A stretch of DNA of 64,000 nucleotides from Octopus vulgaris (GCA_951406725.2 OX597831.1:8866001-8930000); one strand, 5' to 3'. Shown: positions 14,161 through 29,344, numbered from the stretch's first letter. Notes: generated by a model not told the origin, from the letters alone. Made by a program: numbers and translations.

Positions 14161-14439
14161 TGTATATATATAAACATGCATATGTATATGTATAAAGAAA
14201 AAATATGACACAAGTAAAACCATGGTTATGCTATGAACTGTATTAGCTTAGAGCTGTCTCTGCTTTAGGATGGAGTGGGCACATAGTCCCCTACCTCTTA
14301 TAGCAGAAACAGCTATAAGCTAATGAAGTTTGTGATAGAACCATTGTTTTCCCTGTGTCATATGTTTTACTTTATTACCGCTCTATACTCATGTAACATG
14401 CGTACATTGTGTTCTGCACCACGGTCGCAATGCCTAAGT

Positions 14440-14520
<81 letters not shown>

Positions 14521-15654
14521 CAGTTGAATTAAGTTAAAACATGGTTTGGTTTTCATGTTTTTTATTATGGTATTTTAACATTAAAAAGTACATTATAATG
14601 CTCATAAAATTAATTTAGCGATTTCATACATAATGTAATCATTAGATTTCAAATGTATTTAACTAATAGTTGAGTTCTTGGCAACTTAATACCTCTTAGA
14701 ACGCTCCAACAAGCTGAAATTTTAGAATATCTTTTTGACCAATACGCATGCAGCTTAAACATCCCGTTTTGCCAGACGTACTCATGACTTTGCGTTTGCT
14801 TATTCCATGGGTGCAAGTAAGTATTTCATTTATTTCTTAGCGTATTTACCGCTGATGACGAGAAAATTCTTTAAGAATCAACTCAGAAATCGGACTGATT
14901 CGGTAATAACGGATTTTTTAAAGAAATTTCTGTCAGCTTGCTTCGAGACGCGTGCTTATAGTGATGAATTATGTGTGGTTATTGACGATTTAAAGTCTAT
15001 TCTTAGCATATCGCGCATAGGAATTTTTTCTTTTGTTCTTATTTATAAGTTGTTTTAATATGCTGGCCACTGATAAAATGTTTTGAAATTTTTTTTTTAT
15101 GTTAGATGAATATATACGCCATGATAGATCGTAAGCCACAACACACATTTTTTTCTCTCCTTGTTTTTTCTGTGTCCCTTTCTGTAGAAGAGCATAGGCT
15201 CGAAACGTAAAATACTTTTTCTATTCATGAGCGTTATACTAATACATCTGTTTGTTTTGTACACCACATGTCTTCGTCTTTTGTTTTTTTCGTAAACTCT
15301 TCCTACATACATACATACATACATACATACATACATACATACATACATACATACATACATACATACATACATACATACATACATACATACATACATGCAT
15401 GCATACGTGCATACATACATACATACATACATACATACAATCATACATACATACATACTTATATATATAATTATAACAATGAGGGTCTTTGCAACAGGTT
15501 GCTAGATCACATACCGAAAGTATTATAAATAGCAGCCAGACGACTGTTAATTCTTTTACTACAAAAATATGTCCCACAAAACAACAGTATTTGTAACTCA
15601 CTATGGTAAAAAACGAAGAAAATCAACGAAATCAAACAATGTTCGGTCAATTAT

Positions 15655-15997
15655 GGACGCATATGGCTCAGTGGTTAGAGCGTCGAGCTTACGATCGTGA
15701 GGTTGTGAGCTCGAATCCCGGACCGGGCTGCGTGTTGTGTTCTTGAGCAAGACACTTTATTTCACGTTGCTCCAGTTCACTCAGCTGTAGAAATGAGTTG
15801 CGACGTCACAGGTGCCAAACTGTATCGCCCTTTGTCTTTCCCTTGGATAACACTGGTGGCGTGGAGAGGGAGGCCGGTATGCATGGGCGACTACTGGTCT
15901 TCCATAAAACAACCTTGCCCAGACTTGTGCCTCAGAGGGTAACTCTCTAGGTGCAAACCCATGGTCACTCATGACCGAAGGGGGTCTTTACCCTTTA
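15655..15997 (+). mobile_element. tRNA-derived CORE-type SINE, family C (full length)
   Basis: tRNA-like head GGACGCATATGGCTCAGTGGTTAGAGCG..GAGCTCGAATCCCG, CORE-like GTGTTCTTGAGCAAGACACTTTA..CACTCAGCTGTAGAAATGAGT, tail TTTACCCTTTA. Confidence 0.85.
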
Positions 15998-16249
15998 CGT
16001 TTCTGGATTAAAATCAGAGATTCATTTCCTTTATCAACATAATGTTCCGATAAATAAATCTGAAAATGCTAGGAAAATCTTACCACCATATTCCGAACAA
16101 GCGACATCGGACATATAGAAGCCCACCAGCATATCCACGTTTATATAGACAAGTGAATTCGTATCTCCCTCCAGAATTTCTCCCACGTGAGTCACAAATA
16201 ATACTGCCGAAAATGAATTCGTAGTTCCGTCGTAGGGGAATAAAATAAT

Positions 16250-16973
<724 letters not shown>

Positions 16974-18119
16974 ATATTCATACATGCAGGCACATTCAAT
17001 GCTGAAGATACACTTTTAAAATAATTATGTTAGGAATTTTAAATACGTGATTAACATACTTTTGTACGAAATATTTCACCATTACATATAGAGTCTTTGG
17101 TGTAGTTGAGTAAAATTTTATATATCCTCGGAATTTGCATACTGAAACTGATGAAAGAAATCACTAAACCTACTGGGAAAAATGTTCTGAGATGAAAATG
17201 GTATACATTTTGAATAGTTATTTTTTTAATACAAACTCATTTAAATTAAAATAATTAATTAGGAATGCTAAAAGAAAAAAAGAATTCTCTTTATCCATCA
17301 GGAAATATATTTAACAAAAAAATCAAATTTTCTTGCGAAAAACATTAAATAAATGTTCTAAATTCTTTAAAATGTTAAAAGTTAATGATCTTTTTTATGT
17401 TTATAGAATTCTGCATATTGTTGTTGTTTATCCCCGAAGCATCTCTTATAGAACCGTCTTATAATATAAACAATTACAGTCGATATCGGCCACCGCATAA
17501 CGTCTTTCGTGCTATACATTATACACGAATTTATTTATGAAACGCTTTTTCGCTTTTTTTCTCTAATGAAATGATTTAACTATTTCCTGAAGAACGACAG
17601 AAGATACAGAGTCTCCTCATTAGTCGCTCTCACCTTGAGTTATAATAGTATATTGGTAGATTGATGATTCAATTTGTGGTTCAACCAGATCTACATCTGG
17701 TGATTATTTTATTGCCAGTGTAGAACAAGTATAAAATTGAAGAATTGAGCAGGATTTGAACTGTGAACGCAAGTTGTATGAATTAAAAGCTCGAAATTAA
17801 CTTAGAATCAACTGTTGTCGATCGACCTGCTAAAAATAGGAACCAAATGCACTGTGAATTGTATTTATTGTCTTAAAAACTGCAGTGTATATATAATGAT
17901 ATGGTCCAAGATCCATTCTCTTGAGGAAAGACGAGATGACCACGATGGAGGTATTTCTCGTCTTTGATCGGTTCAGTAGGAATAACGTGGGGCTAAAAAG
18001 CAGCAACGACAATAACAGGTACAACAACAACAATTAAATGATAGAAAACACTTTGACCAGCAGACGACATTTCGAAACGAAATACGGTTTTAATATCTTA
18101 GAATAATGCAAGAATGTAT

Positions 18120-18300
18120 GGCGAAGGAAACAGTCGATTATATCGACCCCAGTCTGTCACTGGTACTTAATTTATCGAACCTGAAAATGGGAAAGGCAAA
18201 GTCTACCCCATCAGAATTTGCATTCAGAATGTAAAGACGGACGAATTGCCGCTAAGCACTTTGCCCAGCTTGCTAAAGATTCTGCCCTCTCATCACCTTA
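18120..18300 (-). mobile_element. SINE A-related copy, degraded
   Basis: GTCGATTATATCGACCCCAG..CTGGTACTTAATTTATCGA..AAAGGCAAAGTC..CCGCTAAGCA. Confidence 0.8.
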
Positions 18301-18919
18301 ATAATAATTGTAATGATAAAGGACTTAATTAACCTTTCGAAATTACCACATCTGTCAAACCAATGCAAGAACCTCTACGGAATAATTGGCACTGACAGCA
18401 GTTGCTGACAAACTCTACCCCGGAATGTTGAAAAAAAAAAAAAATTGAAGAATGTCATGTTATATGTACACGATGATGAAGTGAGCATAGATGGAATGGA
18501 AACATTTCGATTATAGGTGTAGGCCACGGCTGACATGGGATAAACAACAACACCAATAGCATTATATTAGTGTGAAAAATATCTCAAATCATTTATTAGC
18601 TGCTAATATGTCCCAAATCCTTAACGCTTTTAATAAAACCCCACCTCAGACCGCCTTTGATCCTACAACAGAAACTTCCTGTTATATAATTATCAAAATT
18701 CAAACCACGAAGACTTCATGTAGATAAATGTTCCACTCACCAGCTTACTAAGGACAAAGTCATTTTACTAAATTCTTTATTATTTTCAAATTTTATTGAC
18801 ATTTTCCAACAGACATATATTAACAAAAGAGACAAAAATGATAAAACAAACAACAATACGGAAAATTTTGTCGAGAAAACAAGAAAATGGTAATGGCTCT
18901 TGGAGCAAGCAACCACGAC

Positions 18920-19335
18920 GTTGAATTCTTGTTGCCGTGTGATGGTTTGTCTGCCTCGATGACCCCGAAAACTGCGCTAGCGGAGCGCAATCTCCCGATA
19001 GGGTCTTTCATGTTAGGCATGACAGAAGATAGAGACCACATTGATAGGGTCTAACTGTTTCTAGGGGTAAAAATGGGTTTGCATGAAGTCAACATCCTAA
19101 TCGACAAAAAGAAAAAAAAATCAAAGTTTAAGAAGCATCGATGATACTTCAAAATCAACGAGGTGTGGTAGATGACGGCCTTCCGTCAGGAAAAAGTATG
19201 ACGCAGTGAAGCAAAATCCCAAAGGAAGCGGCTTGAAAAAGCAGGAATCTAATTCAGAAAAAAAAAAAAACGTGCAAAGACCAGAACTATGGAGAAAAGT
19301 AATCGATGACCTAAGCTCCTTAAGGAGGGAAAGAC
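18920..19335 (+). mobile_element. Probable internally deleted RTE-clade element (5'UTR joined to 3' end)
   Basis: The 5' part (GGTTTGTCTGCCTCGATGACCCCGAAAACTGCGC..GATAGGGTCTTTCATG) resembles RTE 5'UTRs. The 3' part encodes QRPELWRKVIDDLSSLRRE, like the RTE C-terminus (QDR..WR..V..LCS). Confidence 0.45.
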
Positions 19336-21535
19336 TTATGTATGTAGCAAGTTTTGGATCAATACCATTCGTTGGAGCTTTGTGTTTTCTTAGGCCATGG
19401 AAAAATAACTATATGAAGATAAAGGATAAAGTCATCTCCCCCGCTGACAGAGTGCCATGCTCGTTTACAGCAGAGTAATCCATTCCACTGTTTGTGCTGT
19501 ATTGTATGCACTATTTGCCAAGGCAGACCGACTCTAGTTTTCTTAGATCCTTCTCTATACCTTCATAACATGTCAAAAATAGAAATAAACAATAAATATG
19601 CTCGAGGAGAGATTAATAACATTATTGAAATTCTTTGGCTGTATATCCCCTACCTCGAGGTTTGATGATATTTCAATGAATTCTTCGAGACGAGAAACAA
19701 GTTATACACAGACACGGAAAAAATATAGAAAGCCAGAAAGAAAAATCCATAAGAAAAGTAAAAAGCAGCTATTTTCGAGTCTGTAATTCGCTGCTGGGAA
19801 TAGACTTGACGGAAGACCACACAGAGAGTGAGTGACTCACTGAAGTAACGAAATTATAACCAATTACTCAACCACACACACACACACACGATAAAACGTG
19901 TACAAATACACACGTGCACACGCATTTGTGTGTGTGTGTGTGTGTGTGTGTGTATGAGTGTGCACGTGTGTATGTGCATACACACAGACGTGCACAGCTA
20001 CTGCAACAGCTACTGTAACTTGTAAAGTTACTACAAGAAAATTGTGATGAGAGGAGGCTGTTTCGATCTATTGGATCTCTTCAGCTGACACTATCAGATA
20101 TGAAGAAAAAGCTTCGTTTGTTTGACTTTAAAAACTAAGCGACAGGACAGACCGTTGCAAAAGCACGGAGTCGTCAAACCACATGCTAGAAATACCAACC
20201 ACATCTCATTCAAAGCACAGCTTACCATCTTAAACAAAGAAGAATGTTTTGAGCCCAGTTAATGGCTATTATACCAAACCACCAGCGGATTGGGCAGAGT
20301 TGTAGGGAGTTTTATTACACGTTTGATTTTCAGGCCCAATCTGGGGGTAAAACTACGATAAATATAATTAAACGTTTGGCACTGATATCCAAAATGCCAT
20401 ACGGTATTTCTTGTGAATTTTTACGTTCCGGGTTCAAATTCTTTTGAGTACCTTCCATCTTTCTCGAGTCGCTAAAATAAGATAGCAGTATCCAATCCCT
20501 TAACTATCCTCGAACATATAGCTTAAATAGCCACTAACTTTAGGGGCGCAACAATATTGGAGGGACCAATTTACATATCACATTCTTAATAAATGATATG
20601 TACACATTTATTGCTGATAGGGGAACTGTATTTTGTTGTTCAGTCTTACTGTACTACCGAGTATATTACTGGTAATATCAATCAATAGTGTGTCCTGCAT
20701 TTGTGTTAACAGTACGGTTTTTTCAGTTTTAAGTTTATTTCTACGAGTTTTCTTGGTAGTCTATAATGGTTGCGAAACAAAATACGGTGTCGTTACCAGC
20801 GATGAATTTATTAAATAAAGAGTCTTCAGTTTAACAATAACAAACAAGGATACATAAACTGGGAAAGAAATCAAACCAACAACCTTGGGATGATTCAATA
20901 TTGAAACTAGATTCTTCTGATTTTTGTTGCGTTTGGATGACACAGTTTCAAATGACGAGCAAGTTGAAATTTCGAATTTACAGCTGTGTTCAGTAACGAC
21001 CACCCACACACACACACAGAGACACACACACATGTTTGTCTACTAGTGGTGTTCATTATTTTTAACGCAGCACGTTCGTAAGAGATATTAGCTGAGGTCA
21101 ACTGAGAGGAAGTGTATACATTTAGTATGGTATATAGGTGGCTATTTTATGTAAATACTGCTCCAGCTGCTGTTACCAAATTATTATTGAACCAGGCGGC
21201 TGTTCGCAACGCAACATCGGTGAATGTTTTATTCCTTTTTTCCATTTGTAAGAAATAACAGGATCTCACTCGAGAATGCGGCTGGTTTCCAAAACGAAGA
21301 ATTGAAAAAGCCCAGAGGCCGAAATGCTGTTCACTTTGGTAGTATTGAGACGATTAGTTTTCTCCCACCCTCTGACATTATTTGCATTTATAAAACATGT
21401 CTATAAAAAATGCCATTCATAGGACAAATATTTTGGCAACTGGATTGTCGGCAATGTGTATTCATTAAATATGATAGGTAAATAGGTATTTTAATTAAAA
21501 ACCACCTCAATTGCGTATACCATATATGTGTATAT

Positions 21536-21652
<117 letters not shown>

Positions 21653-22250
21653 TGCACGCATGGTACCCGCGCAAGTGTCTTCTACTATAACATTGGACCG
21701 ACAAAGACATGAACGCGTTATAAACGCGTGTGTATGTGTTTGTGTGTGTGTGTATATGATGTATGTGAAATATATATATATGTGTGCGTATGCATACATT
21801 TATATATGAATATGTGTATACATCTATGTATTTCTCTAATTAGTTCTCTCTTATATGTATATATTTTTCTTTCATCTCTACAAACAATTTAACCATTACG
21901 ATGGTTATACGACGATGAGAAAATTAACTAACTGCAGAGTGTCAATACATTTTTGAGTGTATATGTACGTATTTAAGAATTGAAAGCCTAATATCAGAAC
22001 TGATTAGAATGTGGCACCTCGTTGACGCGCGTTCCCCATGCTTAGAAAAAGAAAAAAAGTATACGGTATTACGGAGTATAATCACATGAGGACAAAATGT
22101 GTATCTTCACGTGCATATATAAATAAACAAACAAACAAGTATTGATATGTTGCTATGAATATTAATGATATTATATGGAAGAATATAAAACTGGACAGGA
22201 TGCGAATATAAAGATTATAAAAACAATAAATAGATAAAAAATAAAAAATC

Positions 22251-22289
<39 letters not shown>

Positions 22290-22429
22290 TCATTATATTA
22301 AAAAATGATATATTTAAAATATGAAAATAAATTATTTATATAAAAATAGTTGGAATAGTAATAAAGAGAATGGTTTCTAATTCTGGCAGAAGCTGTTTTC
22401 GAGGAATGGGTTAGTCGCGACTTATCACT

Positions 22430-23060
22430 GGCAATGCTGTACAAGAATATGCGATAGCCTCTAAATACTTGATCAAAATGACGGTTGCTATGGTTGCAGC
22501 TTCTACACGTTATGATAAAATGTTTTCATATCCAAAAATCTCCGGAAGATATTAGCTTCCCATGATTCAACACATTGTCGCTAAAATTGTTTACAATGTT
22601 ACCTGCAGGAACGATTGTTCTGAAGGTCATAGCAAAGGCACACAAGAAAGGGAAGTGATCCGCACCTTAAAACAAAATACAGTACACTAATGGAACAAAC
22701 TGATAAATGCAGTAACTCGGTGTAAGCAAAAGTGCCAGATATTGGTATTGGGGACGGGGTAAAAGTTATTCACTCTTGTTGAAATGAGGTTTTCGGAGTT
22801 GGTGAATGTCTTGTCAAAAATTGATGAAAGGGAAACATCTGTGAGGAAATAAAGCGGAGACTTTTGCTCTAATATTCGAGAGATAGATTGTCATTTGTAT
22901 CTGTTATCATACGTGTAATGAGCTCTGTAACAAAAAATCTGAGTAGAAATCTAGAAACGCTGGGGATCTCAAAAAGAAAAAGAGAACCGACTGCAAAACG
23001 ATTCTAATTCTCCGAATACAGTCGATTACAACTACAATGAATATCTGTAAATCACATCGA
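22430..23060 (+). mobile_element. Degenerate C-terminal fragment of an R4/Dong-like RLE non-LTR retrotransposon
   Basis: Across frameshifts it reads GRY*LPMIQHIVAKIVYN (RH motif), WNKLINAVTRCKQK.PDI (PD-D/E nuclease), VTKNLSRNLETLGISK and QSITTTMNICK. Confidence 0.65.
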
Positions 23061-23677
23061 GAATTTCCCATTGGAGGTTCCTGAGCAGAACATGTCCCCC
23101 CCCCCGTACAACTTATATGCTAATAGTAACAATATACTATTTGGTACTTTCGGCAGCCAATTTTTAAATAACTAAAGGATTAGTAATTGACCTGTTGAAC
23201 TATCACTATATTCCTTATCGTTGTCCCTTCTCAATGAGGTAACTTTAGGCATTCTGAAAACCCACTCAATCAACTGTTCTACCCGCCTCGCCATTTTACT
23301 TGTTTATTCATTAATCCTTTAGTAAATTAAAAATTAGCTGTCTATGATAGGAAAGTACCTGTTTTGTGTTAGATGTTATATAACATTTATAAATAATTTA
23401 TTAAATAAACCATTCACGAACCACATATTGAGAATCAGGGACTAAATACACTTTAATACTTCGCTTGCGTTTGTGTAGAATTTATTTTAAGTCGTTAATT
23501 CTGTCTAATCCTCCTACCTATAAACAAGTTGCTTTTATTTAATTTCGCCTATAATTTATTAAAATATGTTTTTTTATTTCTGAATTAAATATTATCATCT
23601 CTAGAATATAACTATGGTATTTCCTTTCATCAATTGGTCGTTATCGTTTCATGCTGGGAATTTGTCTCGTAACATTA

Positions 23678-23860
23678 AGGCGGCGAGATGTCAGAATCGT
23701 TAGCACGCCGGGCAAAATGCTTAGCGGCATTTCTTCTGTCTTTATGCTTTGAGTTCAAATTCCGCCGAGCTCGTCTTTGCCTTTCATCCTTTCGGGGTTA
23801 ATAAAAACAGTGCCAGTGTAATAACTTACCCACTTCCTCGAACGTGCTGGCCTAAATAAT
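23678..23860 (+). mobile_element. SINE A-prime copy
   Basis: GGCGGCGAGATGTCAGAATCGTTAGCACGCCGGGCAAAATGCTTAGCGG..GAGTTCAAATTCCGCCGAG..GCCTTTCATCCTTTCGGGG. Confidence 0.85.
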
Positions 23861-24744
23861 CGAATTCATTTACAACTTTCACCAATCATCGATTCGGTGG
23901 TTGTACAACTGAAACAAATAAAATAGGCAATACTCTGCTAATGTTTTTATCTATATATTTTATTCATATTTTATCTACTTGCGACGATAAAAATGAAGAC
24001 GATAAAACAAAATCAATAACATGCAAACATGAAAAAATATGGTCGGTGGGTATAAAAAAAAAGGCTTCTCTTCGTTTATGTAACGTGATACATAAACCTT
24101 ATGATAAAAAGTGACGAAAATATTTTATCTTCAGTTATAGGGATCGGAACAGATTTGTCATTTTGAACCCACTTTCAGCAACTAAGACATATTTTGACCA
24201 TGTGATGGCTAGTTGAGTTTGACCCTCGGTCTGAAGTTTTCATCAACGTTACCACCGAATAGAAGTTGTTGTAGATACATTTTGGAAAAGTCAGCGATGT
24301 TGAAGCACAACGTTTATTCAGGTTTGATGTCAAACAAATGATTAGGAAATGTGACGTAGACATTGCATATATCCAAGATGGACGAAGATTATTCAAATAA
24401 TTCAACTGGTATTCTAGAGTCTCTTAATAAACAATCTACTTTGCTAACTTCCTTCTTTGTCAGTTATCGCAAATACTGCTCGGATAAGATACACACACCA
24501 ACACACAAACAACCACAGAGAGCCATAGATAGAGAAACATGTATATGCACACATACACTTATATACCTGCATACACATGGACGCGTACGCACACACACGT
24601 CCATATTATCGCACACATTCATTAAATGTATATAAATTACATTTGCTCCTTACTCTTCTAGTGTTCTCTTTCGATACTGTTTGCTTTCTTAGATAAGTTT
24701 TTTTGTTGTTTATTCCATGACTTAACTGTAGTGGCTCAACGTTG

Positions 24745-24795
24745 ATTGGTCGCCTTGTTTATAAAGAATGTCTGTCTCAACAAAACGCCAGTTGA
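24745..24795 (+). promoter_or_regulatory. Candidate Pol II core promoter (inverted CCAAT, TATA, Inr)
   Basis: ATTGG 24745-24749, TATAAAG 24760-24766 and CCAGTT with its A at 24790 (TATA at -30), in a repeat-free stretch. Motif-only evidence. Confidence 0.25.
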
Positions 24796-26351
24796 GCAAA
24801 CATTATAACTACATTATCTTAATTCTATTGTCTTTCACTCCCAGAAAGGAAATTCTTAATCAACAGCTCTCTTGTTAAATTACAAGCGTTGCTGATCTGA
24901 TATTATTTGTGTAAAACTGGGATAAATTTTGGCACAATCATGAATAAAAGAGAAGAAATTAAGTATTGATATATCTGACAGACCGATAAGAGGACGTCAG
25001 ATGTATGTTTGAATCTGTTCTTGCTGGTCTATTGTTAACGATGTTTCAATAAAAAGCTGTGTCAAAGAAAACCAAATAAGGACATAGACTTTTTCAGAGC
25101 AGAGCAGTGTTATCTAAAGAAAAAAAAAGAAAAAGAAAATAAACAAAGCAAAGCGTGATAATGTAAAATAATTTAACGAAAACTAATTACTCTAGGTTTT
25201 GATTGGGAAAATAGAAAACGAAATAACATCTCATATAAAATGAATAATGTTTCATTTTGAACGATATATGTTTCCACTGTTTGTTGAATGTGATCGGATT
25301 TACTGATTTAACGGATGATTTCACGAGAGATTATTAGACATCACCAGGAAATTTAATTTCAATACAACCCAATTGTTCTCAAGCAACGCATATTTGAATT
25401 CCCAATGTTTCTGATTGCAGCACATGACGAACACTGAAACACGTCCTTTGCAGAGCCATCATCTCATGGATGAGGACTGATGTCAATTTGTATTACGAGA
25501 AAATACTTCGACTTCAAAAAATTGCTGACTTTGCACAGAACTCACGGCGAAGCAATACAATAGGAGACTGTTTACATATCATGATTATTTTTAAATACAC
25601 ACACACACGCATTCTGAACTCGCTGCCTTCGCCATTTCATGTATTAAAATTACAAAACAAAATTCACCGTGATCAGTACAATCAGAATTTCTTGTTAGTG
25701 AAATAATAGAGAGGGAGCTTTTCCATAAGATGACATGAACTGAGGGCTCGAAGCTAACGACAAATTTCTAGACTATGCAACAGTGCTCCCGCTTCCTATC
25801 GTTTGGTGATGTATCGCTGATATGATTCCTACCTACAGCTTATAGGGTTGGATTAAGAAAATGCCAATGTCTTGGTTATTGGTACAGTCAAGAACTCGTT
25901 TCATTATACAAATCTTCAACCGTGTGTCTTCTAATACCAAATTTTCACTGTAAGCACGATACATTAATAACTTGATTATGTTGTGATTCTATTAGAATTA
26001 CTTTTGTTGTTTTATGTAATATTTCAAAAATCTTAAAACAACATTATTTTATTTGAAACAGTTCACTTTCTTTTATTTTCATTTCCCCACACATATACAC
26101 ACACACATGCGCGCGCGCACAAACACAGACAAGTCAATGAACATATATTTGTTATTTTTAGATCTCTTCAGATCAAACGTTCATCGCAATTTAAAAAGGT
26201 ATTCATCCGCATCTTAACTGCAAATGAACAAACAAAAGGCATCTCAGCGCAGTTAGAATGCGGCCACAAAGCTCTTGGTGTTTAACAGTCTGTCGCATCT
26301 AGGAAATTACAAAATATAGAAATAAACGTAACATTGTTCAGATTTGAATTG

Positions 26352-26770
26352 CTCTTTTACTCTTTTGCTCTTTTATTTGTTTCAGTCATTTGACTGCGGC
26401 CATGCTGGAGCACCGCCTTTTAGTCGAGCAACTCGACCCGGGACTTATTCTTTTTTGTAAGCCCAGTACTTATTCTATCGGTCTCTTTTTGCCGAACCGC
26501 TAAGTGACGGCGACGTAAACACACCAGCATCGGTTGTCAAGCAATGCTAAGGGAACAAACACAGGCACACAAACACACACACATATATATATATATATAC
26601 ATATATACGACAGGCTTCTTTCAGTTTCCGTCTACCAAATCCACTCACAAGGCATTGGTCGGCCCGGGGCTATAGCAGAAGATACTTGCCCAAGATGCCA
26701 CGCAGTGGGACTGAACCCGGAACCATGTGGTTGGTTAGCAAGCTACTTACCACACAGCCACTCCTGCGCC
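26352..26770 (-). mobile_element. SINE family B (full length)
   Basis: Reverse complement of the 57913-58316 copy, including head GGCGCAGGAGTGGCTGTGTGG and tail (AAAAGAG)n. Confidence 0.92.
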
Positions 26771-26802
26771 TATTCAAATAGAATTTAACAAAACTTCCCA
26801 AA

Positions 26803-27964
26803 TATAGTAAACTCTCAACTATCCGGCAATCCTGGGACCTGAGCGTTGCCGGATAAGTGAATTTATCGGATGTCTGAAAAAAACAACTTCTTAAATGACC
26901 ATAGCACCTTACCAAAGTCAGCAAAACTCTCTCTGTAAATATCAATATTATTATTACGATACTGAATAAAGCAGAAATAAAAGAATTAGGAAATTATAAT
27001 AAAAAGCATAATTTCAGTAAAGAACAAGTTTTATTAACCTAATAAAATACAGACAGAAATAAAATACTCTAGTGTGATTTGAGAAGTCTCGGTCTATTTT
27101 AGATACAATGCAAACGTTCTATTAACGACAATTAATTAACATGAATTAATAAAAATTAATAAATTAATAAAAAATAAAATACTAATAAAAATAGCACAAA
27201 TTCTGTTGATTCTAAAAGGTAATAAGTGTCTCCAGCCTAAAGTGAAAGAATTGTTAGAAGACAGAATTCTGCGTTATTTACCATGAAGGGACCTCATACG
27301 AATGTGTGGTGCATAGAAGCACTCGTGTTTATATCACTCGCGGGCGAGAACCGTTTGCTACGCCCAACGGGATTCCGGCCTTCCTTGGCCTTATCAAAAA
27401 CAGATATTCGGCTTGACATAGCAGTCGACCCCTCATCAGCAATATAATAGAACCTCGGAGTCTATTTAGACACTAGTGACGCAAATAAAGCGACATAAAC
27501 AGTAATAACACCAAAATGTAATATTTACCACCCTCATAAAGCGGATGCGGTGTTTGTCTGCACGAGAGGTTCTTTCGTGGTGAATAACGCAGACTTCTGT
27601 GTTCAAATACAGCGTCCACTTTAATAAATGTTACTGTTTTGATATTAGAACTGGATTTTTTGTCTGTCTCTATGTTCTGAGTTCAAATTCCGTTTAGGTC
27701 AACTTTGCCTTTCCTCCTTTCAGGGTCGATTAGATAAGTACCAATTACACACTGGGGTCGACGCAATCGACTTTACCCCCTCCCCTCAAATTTCAGGCCC
27801 TGTGCTTATGGTAGAAAGGATATTTGTACTGCTTCTGTCGCTATTAATTAATTTTGACTCTAATTAAATCCACATTTTCTTTTTATTATTACTTTTCCGT
27901 TTCTGGGTGCCGGTTGCTTGAGAGTCCCGGTTATTTGAGGCCAGATAAGAGTAAGTTTACTGTA
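26803..27964. mobile_element. Probable pogo/Tigger-like non-autonomous DNA transposon, with a SINE A-prime fragment inserted at about 27655-27822
   Basis: Left TA|TAGTAAACTCTCAACTATCCGG, right (reverse complement) TA|CAGTAAACTTACTCTTATCTGG, plus a subterminal ACTCTCAAGCAACCGGCA repeat; TA flanks. Confidence 0.45.
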
Positions 27965-29041
27965 ATCTGACGCCACAGAATTCCTATGAAGCGTCCTCTG
28001 AAATCTGGGACATAAACACCAAAGTTTAAAAAATGCTTTCTCATTCTATCTGAAAAAAATAATAAAGAAGACGAGTAATTACTGCTAGAAATAACTACAT
28101 ATCCTAATCAGTGAGGGACAGAGAGCACTTATGATTTTTACATGCCCACCACACAAGACTGCTGGAATGAAATAAAAAAAAAGCAGAGAAAGGAAATATA
28201 CTTGATGGTTTGTAAATTAGGAAATACTATAACAATATATTGTGCTTCCATAGATAACAATGTGCGATTGTATCTTGACAGATAACCGGAGACTTTAGCG
28301 GATTCTGTCGACTGGCAAAAGCAGATATTTTACGTTTGGCACAAGAAGCATATGTTATGCAGGCTAATTGATTAGTTTGACCGATATTACGTATTCATCG
28401 GTTTATATTATTTCATCGATCCTTGAAGTGGGCAAGTAGTATCGTTAGCGCGTCAGACAAAATGCTTAGCTATGTTCTGTGTTCAAATTCCACCGACGCC
28501 GACTTCAACTTGGGGGTCTACGAAATAAATGATAGTTAAGTGCTGGCGGGGGATGGGAGTGGGTCGATCTAATCGAGAAAATCCCACATTTCATATTGCT
28601 GGTCTTCTGTCAAACTTTGAAACCAGTAATTTTATCGGTCCTGAAATGATGAATGTAAAAAAGTTAAGCTCTGCGCGATTCGATATACGAACATCGAAAT
28701 CTTTTGAACGAATGTGAGCAGATGAAATAAGCAATAGAGTACGAAATTAACTAGAATTGAATTTTTATGGGGCGGCAGAGATGGGATACCAGTTATATAT
28801 TGTTTTTAACGGTTGGCTTATAATATTTTGCCAGTCAGCATATGCGATGAACAGGTAGCAAAAGCATTAATGTAATGTGCATAACTAATACTTTTCGGAC
28901 TCGAGACCTTTTTCGCTGGAAGACATTGTCTCACACTTGGAGAGATGCATACATTTATTGATGTTAACAGGAATAGTTATTTAAGCGATCCAGTTTCTCA
29001 TAAAATTTCTTTGATTAATTTCAAACTCCGCCCTCTCATTT

Positions 29042-29102
<61 letters not shown>

Positions 29103-29139
29103 ATGTCTGTTTGTCTGTCTGCCTGTCTGTCTCTATCTG

Positions 29140-29218
<79 letters not shown>

Positions 29219-29249
29219 ATCTGTCTGTCTGTCTGTCTATCTGTCTATC

Positions 29250-29303
<54 letters not shown>

Positions 29304-29344
29304 ACGTCTGTTTGTCTGTCTGCCTGTCTGTCTCTATCTGTCTG

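Noticed and set aside
15655-15730. tRNA-like sequence (also 31040-31115 on the minus strand)
   Set aside because: These are SINE heads: there is no proper acceptor stem and they continue into SINE body and tail.
17927-17965. Hairpin AAAGACGAGA..TCTCGTCTTT as a pre-miRNA or terminator
   Set aside because: Too short for a pre-miRNA, intrinsic terminators do not apply in this eukaryotic context, and such stems are plausible by chance.
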